From an uncultured Christensenella sp. (GTDB taxonomy: Bacteria; Bacillota; Clostridia; Christensenellales; Borkfalkiaceae), in contig CAJTVA010000004.1 in the NCBI GenBank assembly GCA_910579585.1, positions 2,330 to 66,329 on the forward strand: a stretch of DNA of 64,000 bases, written 5' to 3'. A model generated the notes under the pieces. The model did no database searches, was not told the DNA's origin, and worked only from the letters and a program-made list of their open reading frames with translations. The translations under genes were made by a program, and so were the position numbers. Below, one piece after another: positions 56,731-64,000 of this stretch; within the stretch, counting starts at the first letter, position 1; every line of letters starts with the position of its first letter.

Positions 56731-58053
56731 TTAATTTTGCTGTTTTTTGTGGGCAAGCGAGTGCATTGCGCACTCGATACGCTTTTTCATCATTTCGCAG
56801 GTGAGTTTATAGGGTTTATTTACGTCGCCCTCGAAGTGGTAATTGTTGGCACTGCAACCGCCGCTGCAAATAAATTTGGCGAAGCAGTCGCCGCACTCCT
56901 CACGCGTAAACAGGCACGACGAAGCGAATTTTTCCCTTATATCTTTATCGAGTTTTCCCTCGAAGACGTTGCCCATCAAAAAGTCTTTATCGCCCGCGAA
57001 CTGGTGGCAGGGATAAATATCGCCGTTGGGGGTTACGGAAAAATACTCGTTACCCGCTCCGCACGCCGAAACGCGCTTTTGCAGGCAAGTTCCTCCCTCT
57101 AAGTCGATATTGAAATGGAAGAAATTGAACCCCTCGCCCTTGTCGTGCTTTTCAAGGTATTTATCGCACAGATTTTCGTACTCGTTTAAAACGGCGGGAA
57201 TATGCTCGGCTTTTATGGCGAGGTCGTCGATGTCGGTTACGACGGGCTCCATAGAAATACTGTCGAAGCCGTTCTCCGCAAGGAATATAACGTCCTTTGA
57301 AAAGTCGAGGTTTTTAGCCGTGAACGTACCGCGGACGTAATAGTTTTTGTCGCCGCGCGAACGCACGAATTTTTTTACGTTGTCGATTACGAAGTCGAAA
57401 CTGCCTTTGCCGTTTTTGGTCTTTCGGATAGCATCGTGGACTTCCTTTCTGCCGTCGAGAGAGAGAACGACGTTTTCCATTTCGCGGTTGAAAAAGTCGA
57501 TTGCGTCGTCGTCGAGAAGAAGCGCGTTTGTGGTAGTGGTGAAAAGAAACTTTTTGCCCGCTTTATCGCCCTTTTCGCGGGCATATGCGACGACTTTTTT
57601 AATCGTTTCAAGACACATTAAAGGCTCGCCACCGAAAAAATCGACTTCGAGAATCTTTCTTTGACCGCTGTTTTCGATAAGGAAATCTATGGCTTTTTTT
57701 GCGGTTTCCTCGCTCATAAATTCGCGGACGGAGTGATATGCGCCCTCGTCGGCGAAGCAATAGCGACACCTTAAATTACAGTCGTGGCAGATATGCAGGC
57801 ACAGTGCCTTCACCTCGGTCGATTTTAAGGGATAAGTTTTGATTTCATCGCGCAAAAAAAGCCCCTGCTCTTTCAAAGAAGCAAGGTCGCTTTCTATTTC
57901 GGTAATTTTTTCTGCGGAAAGCACGGGGGGGCGGACTGAGTTTTCATACTTAGCTTTAACGTATGCGGCGGTATCGGCGTCGCACTCGTGCAGGCTACCG
58001 CTTCCGCTGTCGTACAGATAGTGCTTGTCCTTGTAATTAAAAATGTGTACCAT
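56731..58053 (-). CDS. scfB: Radical SAM/SPASM thioether-forming maturase of the SCIFF peptide
   Basis: The radical SAM motif is CHDCNLRCRYC. The SPASM C-terminus is CGAGNEYFSVTPNGDIYPCHQF...CGDCFAKFICSGGCSANN. It lies directly downstream of a SCIFF precursor gene. The ATG at 58053 is preferred over the TTG at 58059. Confidence 0.9.
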   Translation of the reverse strand: MVHIFNYKDKHYLYDSGSGSLHECDADTAAYVKAKYENSVRPPVLSAEKITEIESDLASLKEQGLFLRDEIKTYPLKSTEVKALCLHICHDCNLRCRYCFADEGAYHSVREFMSEETAKKAIDFLIENSGQRKILEVDFFGGEPLMCLETIKKVVAYAREKGDKAGKKFLFTTTTNALLLDDDAIDFFNREMENVVLSLDGRKEVHDAIRKTKNGKGSFDFVIDNVKKFVRSRGDKNYYVRGTFTAKNLDFSKDVIFLAENGFDSISMEPVVTDIDDLAIKAEHIPAVLNEYENLCDKYLEKHDKGEGFNFFHFNIDLEGGTCLQKRVSACGAGNEYFSVTPNGDIYPCHQFAGDKDFLMGNVFEGKLDKDIREKFASSCLFTREECGDCFAKFICSGGCSANNYHFEGDVNKPYKLTCEMMKKRIECAMHSLAHKKQQN

Positions 58054-58060
58054 ATACAAG

Positions 58061-58089
58061 ATTAAAAGGAGCAGAGAATTTTCTGCTCC
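58061..58089 (-). terminator. Intercistronic attenuator hairpin between scfA and scfB
   Basis: The minus-strand RNA is GGAGCAGA-aaauuc-UCUGCUCC (a perfect 8-bp stem) followed by UUUUAAU. It lies 17 nt after the scfA stop. Confidence 0.65.
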
Positions 58090-58105
58090 CGACCTTTTGT
58101 TTATA

Positions 58106-58261
58106 TTAGTTGTTTTTTTCGGGGTTCTGTTCTCTCGTTACCCTTTCGCAGCTTTGATTGCCGACGGTGCAACTCGTTTTGCAAGCGGACTGGCAGGTGC
58201 TTCTGCATTCGCCGCAACCCGTAACCTTCTTTTCTGCGGGCTTCGCTATAGTTTTAATCAT
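58106..58261 (-). CDS. scfA: SCIFF (six cysteines in forty-five residues) ribosomal peptide precursor, 51 aa
   Basis: Absent from the ORF track because it is under 60 aa. Reverse translation gives MIKTIAKPAEKKVTGCGECRSTCQSACKTSCTVGNQSCERVTREQNPEKNN, which carries the SCIFF core GCGEC..(S/T)CQSACKTSCTVGNQSCE. SD AAGGAGAG lies 7 nt upstream. Confidence 0.92.
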   Translation of the reverse strand: MIKTIAKPAEKKVTGCGECRSTCQSACKTSCTVGNQSCERVTREQNPEKNN

Positions 58262-58325
58262 TTGAGAACTCTCCTTATATCTTTTTTATAAATTATAAGA
58301 TACGTAGAGCAAAAAAGCAAGCAAT

Positions 58326-58694
58326 TTAAGCGGTTTTTTTGATATTGACGGCGATTACGCCCGAAATCGCGCCCGCGGCGGCACCGACGAAAAGTTCGAC
58401 GATAAAAAGCCAGCTTAACGAAAACGACATTGAAATCAAGCTGAATATCAAAAACGTGACTACAACGGACGCTACTCCGTGAATAACGCCTTTTAAAAGA
58501 CCCTTTTCGCCGCGAATAAAAATGAGCCCGCCCGCCGCGATTGAAATAATTTTAAAGACCTGATTGACAGGTTTAACGACTTCGAGCGGCAACGAGAAAA
58601 GCTGAATTATAACGGTAAAAATCAGCACGAAAACCAATGAAAAAAGTACGGCGGCGAACACCGCTTTCAAGACCTGTAAAACGTTAGTGCGCAT
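58326..58694 (-). CDS. TIGR04086-type small integral membrane protein
   Basis: 122 aa with four TM helices. It occupies the conserved position between yajC and scfA seen in Clostridia. Confidence 0.7.
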   Translation of the reverse strand: MRTNVLQVLKAVFAAVLFSLVFVLIFTVIIQLFSLPLEVVKPVNQVFKIISIAAGGLIFIRGEKGLLKGVIHGVASVVVTFLIFSLISMSFSLSWLFIVELFVGAAAGAISGVIAVNIKKTA

Positions 58695-58725
58695 AAAAAA
58701 ACCTCCGCTATAATCTATGCGGAGG
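58695..58725 (-). terminator. Terminator of yajC whose 3' arm and U-tract form the SD and spacer of the next gene
   Basis: The minus-strand RNA is CCUCCGC-auagauuaua-GCGGAGG followed by UUUUUUU and then AUG (58694). Confidence 0.7.
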
Positions 58726-58734
58726 TTATAATAA

Positions 58735-59274
58735 TTAGAATTTGATTTGCTTTTCTTCGTCCTGCTTTTTGCCGTTTTTCTTGGGTTTAGCCGCTTCCGA
58801 CGTTTCCTCTGCGGGCTCCGCGGGAGCTTCTGCGGGAACTTCTACGGGGGCAGGCGCGTCTACGGGCGCGATAACAGCCGTTTCGGTTGCAGGGGTTTCA
58901 GCGGAAGCTTCGGCAGGCGCTTCGGTTGCGGGTTCGGCCTTTACATCCTCTTTCTTTTCAACTACGGCGTCGGTCTGGTAGATAGCTTGTCTGTCGAATT
59001 TGAGATAGCTTTTGCCCGAAGCTTCGGTGCCCGTTTCAAGAACGAAAGTATTTTCTTCGTTGTCTACTTCGACGACTATGCCGCAGATGCCGCCGATTGT
59101 CTTGACCTTATTGCCGGGCTTAACCGCGTTGATTAAGTCCTGCGCGTCCTGCTCCTGCTTTTTGCGCTTTTTGTTGGTTAAAAAATAGAAAACAACGATA
59201 AGGGCGATTATAACGACCATTACCGCAAGAAGGATATACTGACTGTAATCGTCTGCAAGTAAAGTACTTAACAT
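58735..59274 (-). CDS. yajC: Preprotein translocase subunit YajC with a long Ala/Pro/Glu-rich C-terminal extension
   Basis: An N-terminal TM helix plus the YajC core (QDLINAVKPGNKVKTIGGICGIVVEV) is followed by about 75 extra residues such as KAEPATEAPAEASAETPATETAV...PAEAPAEPAEETSEAAKPKKNGKK. Confidence 0.85.
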   Translation of the reverse strand: MLSTLLADDYSQYILLAVMVVIIALIVVFYFLTNKKRKKQEQDAQDLINAVKPGNKVKTIGGICGIVVEVDNEENTFVLETGTEASGKSYLKFDRQAIYQTDAVVEKKEDVKAEPATEAPAEASAETPATETAVIAPVDAPAPVEVPAEAPAEPAEETSEAAKPKKNGKKQDEEKQIKF

Positions 59275-59386
59275 AATTTCTCCAAAATTTTAATTTATCT
59301 TAATATAATATTTTTTATCGGTATTTGCAAGCATTTTTAAACTTATTTATTTTTTTTGTCCGAAATTTCACCGAAAGACACCATTG

Positions 59387-60568
<1,182 letters not shown>

Positions 60569-60667
60569 TTAGAGCCGAGAAAGACAAGGCGCGCGAGGAA
60601 AACCCGAAAGAGTTTACTTAGCGTAAATGACTGAGGGCTGCCGCAACGCAACGCCGTATTTCGACGG

Positions 60668-61693
60668 TTATAAGACCATCATCGCGTCCCCGAAACTGAA
60701 AAAGCGATACTTTTCTTCTACGGCGGTTTTGTAGAGGTTAAGAACTTCTTCCCTGCCCGTTAAAGCGGCGACAAGCATTATAAGCGTGCTTTCGGGTAAA
60801 TGAAAGTTGGTTATAAGCGCATCTACGCACTTGAACTTATATGGCGGATAAATAAATATCTGCGTGTTGCCTTTTCGGGGGGTAACCGAGCCGTCGGCTG
60901 AGGCTACGCTTTCAAGGGTTCTTACCGAGGTCGTGCCGACGGCGATAACTCTTCTGCCCTCTTTTTTTGCGGCGGTGATTATCTTTGCCGCCTCTTCGCC
61001 GACCTCGTAATACTCCGAGTGCATTTTGTGGTCGGTGATTATATCTTCTTTAACAGGGCGGAAAGTGCCTAAGCCGACGTGCAAAAGGACTTCGGCAACC
61101 TGAACGCCCTTGTCCTTGATTTTTTCGAGTAGTTCGGGTGTGAAATGCAAGCCGGCAGTTGGCGCCGCCGCCGAGCCGTCAATTTTAGCGTAAACGGTCT
61201 GATAGCGGCTCTTGTCCTGCAACTTCGCCTTTATATAGGGCGGCAGGGGCATAGAGCCGAGCCGTTCGAGAATTTCTTCGAAAACCCCGTCGTAACTGAA
61301 CGATACGATTCTTTCACCGCTGTCGGTTATGCCTTTGACGGTGAGTGAAAGCTCTTCCGAAACGGTAAGCTTTTTTCCTACGGTGCACTTTCTGCCCGGC
61401 TTTACAAGGACTTCCCAATCGTTTATATCCAGTCGTCTTAGAAGCAATACTTCCACCGCACCGCCGTTTTCGGTCTTTGCAAAAAGTCGGGCGGGCAACA
61501 CCTTGGTATTATTGATAACAAGCACATCGCCTGCGTGAAGATAATCAATTATATCCCTGAAGACTTCGTGTTTCACCTCGCCCGTCGCTCTGTTATAGGT
61601 TAAAAGCCGCGAACTGTCGCGCGGGGTTGCGGGTGTCTGGGCAATGAGCTCTTCCGGCAGGTCGTAATAAAAATCGCTTTTCTTGTACTGCAT
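60668..61693 (-). CDS. queA: S-adenosylmethionine:tRNA ribosyltransferase-isomerase
   Basis: 341 aa with [25 protein letters not shown] and GDAMMV. Confidence 0.96.
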   Translation of the reverse strand: MQYKKSDFYYDLPEELIAQTPATPRDSSRLLTYNRATGEVKHEVFRDIIDYLHAGDVLVINNTKVLPARLFAKTENGGAVEVLLLRRLDINDWEVLVKPGRKCTVGKKLTVSEELSLTVKGITDSGERIVSFSYDGVFEEILERLGSMPLPPYIKAKLQDKSRYQTVYAKIDGSAAAPTAGLHFTPELLEKIKDKGVQVAEVLLHVGLGTFRPVKEDIITDHKMHSEYYEVGEEAAKIITAAKKEGRRVIAVGTTSVRTLESVASADGSVTPRKGNTQIFIYPPYKFKCVDALITNFHLPESTLIMLVAALTGREEVLNLYKTAVEEKYRFFSFGDAMMVL

Positions 61694-61695
61694 AG

Positions 61696-62763
61696 TCAGT
61701 CGTCGTTTTTGTCAAACAGTGAAATCTGTTCGCGCTGTCTTTCGTTGGGGGCATAGCCCAAATGCTCGTAGCCGCCGCGGAGTATCATTCTGCCGCGCGG
61801 CGTTCTTGCGATAAAACCGAGTTGTAAAAGGTAAGGCTCGTAAACGTCCTCTATGGTGCCTGCGTCCTCGTTAATGGTCGCGGCAAGGGTTTCGAGCCCG
61901 ACGGGTCTGCCGTCGAATTTTTCTATCATTGCCCTAAGAAGCGCCCTGTCCACTTCGTCAAGCCCCAAATCGTCCACTTCCATTTTCGAAAGAGCGAACT
62001 TTGCGTCAGCAAGAGTTACGGCGGGGTTGCCTTTTATTGTCGAAAAATCACGAACGCGTTTTAAAAGACGGTTGGCGATTCTAGGGGTGCCGCGTGAGCG
62101 TTTGGATATTTCTTTCGCGGCGGCGTCCTCTATTTCAATTCCTAGGGTGCGGGCACTGCGCAGAACTATTTCTTTCAGCTCGTCGGGCGTGTACATTTCC
62201 AAGCGGCAGATTATGCCGAACCTGTCGCGCAAGGGGTTTGCTATCATTCCCGCGCGGGTGGTTGCGCCGATTAGGGTGAACTTTTTTAACGAAAATCGGA
62301 TATTCCTTGCGCTGGGCCCCTTGCCGACGATTATGTCGAGGGCGTAATCTTCCATTGCCGAATACAAAATTTCTTCAACGCTGTGGTTTAAGCGGTGAAT
62401 TTCGTCGATGAAAAGAACGTCGCCGTCGTTGAGGTTTGTGAGTATAGCCGCCAAATCGCCGCTACGCTCTATCGCGGGCGCGGAAGTCAGCTTCAACTGC
62501 CCGCCCATTTCGCCCGCTATAATGTGCGCAAGCGTAGTTTTACCAAGACCCGGTGCGCCGTACAAAAGGACGTGTTCCAAAGCTTCGCCCCTTTGCTTTG
62601 CGGCGTTCATATAAACTTTTAAATTTTCCTTGACCTTGCTCTGTCCGACGTAACCGTCAAGCGTTTTAGGGCGGAGCACGTTTTCTTCGAAATCGTATTC
62701 GCCCTTGGTGCTTTGAACCAGTCTGTCTTCCTCGGCAGTGTATTCTTCGTCGTCAAAAAACAT
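61696..62763 (-). CDS. ruvB: Holliday junction branch migration helicase RuvB
   Basis: Walker [12 protein letters not shown], Walker [10 protein letters not shown], and sensor GATTRAG. Confidence 0.97.
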   Translation of the reverse strand: MFFDDEEYTAEEDRLVQSTKGEYDFEENVLRPKTLDGYVGQSKVKENLKVYMNAAKQRGEALEHVLLYGAPGLGKTTLAHIIAGEMGGQLKLTSAPAIERSGDLAAILTNLNDGDVLFIDEIHRLNHSVEEILYSAMEDYALDIIVGKGPSARNIRFSLKKFTLIGATTRAGMIANPLRDRFGIICRLEMYTPDELKEIVLRSARTLGIEIEDAAAKEISKRSRGTPRIANRLLKRVRDFSTIKGNPAVTLADAKFALSKMEVDDLGLDEVDRALLRAMIEKFDGRPVGLETLAATINEDAGTIEDVYEPYLLQLGFIARTPRGRMILRGGYEHLGYAPNERQREQISLFDKNDD

Positions 62764-62774
62764 TTTTTATTTCC

Positions 62775-63368
62775 TTAAATACTTTGTAATGCCAGCCGTA
62801 TGATTTCTTCGATATCTTTTGCGCCCTTGTCGCGCGCACGGGCGATTGCTTTTACGCTCTCCGCACGGGTGAAGCCGAGGGTCATCAACGCGACGACTGC
62901 GTCTTCGTCACCGCCCGATAAGGTCACGGGAACGGGCTCGCCCGAAGCAAGCGACGAAGAAACGTTTGCCGTTACCTTTTCGCGAAGCTCTAAGATTATT
63001 CTTTCCGCCGTTTTTTTGCCCATACCTTTTGCTGTCGAAAGGCGCTTAATATCGTTAGTGGCGATTGCGGCGGCAACATCGCCCGCCGTCATTGACGACA
63101 GGACGGTTATTCCGAGCTTGGGTCCCACGCCTGAAACGGAAACGAGCTTTAAAAACATCTCTTTTTCCTCAACCGAAGAAAAGCCGAAAAGGCTTACCCC
63201 GTCCTCGCGTACTTGGAGGTAAGTGAAAACTTCGCCCTCCTTTTTACCCGCCAAAGCGTTATACGCAGAGCCTGTGACAAGAACTTCGAAGCCAATGCCC
63301 GAAGCCGTTTCAATAAGTGCGGTTTCGGGGGTTAACGATAAAATTTTTCCTTTTACAAAACCTATCAT
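62775..63368 (-). CDS. ruvA: Holliday junction DNA-binding protein RuvA
   Basis: MIGFVKGKI..., with HhH motifs LVSVSGVGPKLG and LSTAKGMGKKTAERI. Confidence 0.95.
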   Translation of the reverse strand: MIGFVKGKILSLTPETALIETASGIGFEVLVTGSAYNALAGKKEGEVFTYLQVREDGVSLFGFSSVEEKEMFLKLVSVSGVGPKLGITVLSSMTAGDVAAAIATNDIKRLSTAKGMGKKTAERIILELREKVTANVSSSLASGEPVPVTLSGGDEDAVVALMTLGFTRAESVKAIARARDKGAKDIEEIIRLALQSI

Positions 63369-63377
63369 ATATTTTCC

Positions 63378-63875
63378 TTATTTTATATTGAACAGTCTGC
63401 CGAAGCGCGAGGTGTGCGCGTGACACAGTGCGACGGCGAGCGCGTCCGCCGCGTCGTCGGGGCGGGGAATTCTTTCGAGGTGCAACAGCGAGGTTACGAC
63501 GTGCATCATCTGCACTTTGTCCGCTTTGCCGTAGCCAGTGAGCGACTGTTTTATCTGGTTGGGCGTATACTCGTACAGTTTGCCGCAATATTTTATACAG
63601 GTCAACAGCATAACCCCCCTTGCGTGGGCTACGGGTATGCCCGTCGTAATATTTTTGGAGAAAAACAGCTCTTCCACCGCTATTTCGTCGGGTTTGTACT
63701 TATTGAGAATTTTGTTTATACCCTCTTCAAGCATAGCAAGGCGCACGGGAAGGCTCTCGTCCTTGGGCGTTAAAACAACCCCGTAGTCTATGGGAACGGT
63801 ATTGTCGTTTTTAAGTTTTTCAATTACGCCGTAGCCCATTGTGGCAAGCCCGGGGTCGAGTCCTAAAATTATCAT
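63378..63875 (-). CDS. ruvC: Crossover junction endodeoxyribonuclease RuvC
   Basis: MIILGLDPGLATMGYGVIE and the C-terminal DDAADALAVALCHA. Confidence 0.95.
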   Translation of the reverse strand: MIILGLDPGLATMGYGVIEKLKNDNTVPIDYGVVLTPKDESLPVRLAMLEEGINKILNKYKPDEIAVEELFFSKNITTGIPVAHARGVMLLTCIKYCGKLYEYTPNQIKQSLTGYGKADKVQMMHVVTSLLHLERIPRPDDAADALAVALCHAHTSRFGRLFNIK

Positions 63876-63934
63876 TATTTTTATTGTAAGTGAATTTATT
63901 TAATAAGTCAAGTATCCTTTCGGCTTATACAATA

Positions 63935-63966
63935 TAAAAACTCTCCGCCAAAATTCGCGGAGAGTT
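63935..63966 (-). terminator. Terminator of an upstream minus-strand gene lying beyond the right edge
   Basis: The minus-strand RNA is AACUCUCCGC-gaauuuug-GCGGAGAGUU followed by UUUUAU. Confidence 0.7.
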
Positions 63967-64000
63967 CTATATATTATGTTTTTTACATTGCAGGCCCAGT

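Noticed and set aside
63983-64000. A possible 3' end of another minus-strand gene at the right edge (...TGPAM*)
   Set aside because: Only 15 nt of potential coding sequence are visible, so the frame and identity cannot be established. The terminator at 63935-63966 is reported instead.

Overview
This 64-kb chromosomal window looks like an anaerobic Firmicute of the Clostridia type. The evidence is a SCIFF peptide/maturase pair, a Spo0A-like receiver gene, an RNase P RNA, and TTGACA/TATAAT-type promoters with GGAGG Shine-Dalgarno (SD) sites. I count 46 CDS, 42 of them on the minus strand, plus one ncRNA (rnpB). I saw no tRNA, rRNA, CRISPR array, transposase or integrase.

Most of the window is conserved housekeeping:
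- Right third: ruvCAB-queA-tgt-yajC-TIGR04086-scfAB-secDF-recJ-relA-MBL-hemZ-rpsO-pnp.
- Middle: uvrBA and two FAD oxidoreductases.
- Left part: pyk, rnpB, an M29 aminopeptidase, an RlmI-like methyltransferase, a heterodimeric ABC exporter, an ABC-F protein and a TetR-controlled ABC-2 exporter.

The stand-out region is a tightly packed, roughly 20-kb, nine-gene minus-strand cluster (14600-34773). It has one recognisable promoter and leader (34774-34937) and one terminator (14572-14600). Its genes, in transcription order, are:
- a 1308-aa GLUG-repeat lipoprotein;
- a 2474-aa S8 cell-envelope protease fused to about 800 aa of BspA-type leucine-rich repeats, with an unusual Cys/Gly-rich C-terminal anchor;
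- a 471-aa paralogous lipoprotein;
- an oversized (865 aa) family-5 peptide-binding lipoprotein;
- OppB, OppC, OppD and OppF, with non-canonical extensions and insertions in OppD and OppF;
- a small tail-anchored membrane protein.

I read this cluster as a candidate hard-wired protein-utilisation locus.

Other items worth a second look:
- a 51-aa SCIFF precursor gene missing from the ORF track, followed by an attenuator hairpin;
- a membrane-anchored protein with an acidic PE-rich linker and a C-terminal ribosomal uL15-like domain;
- an ABC-F protein whose second ATP site is degenerate on both halves;
- a radical SAM protein with CX4CX2C spacing;
- several structured leaders and operators.

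All domain calls come from motif recognition by eye. No HMM or BLAST search was run.
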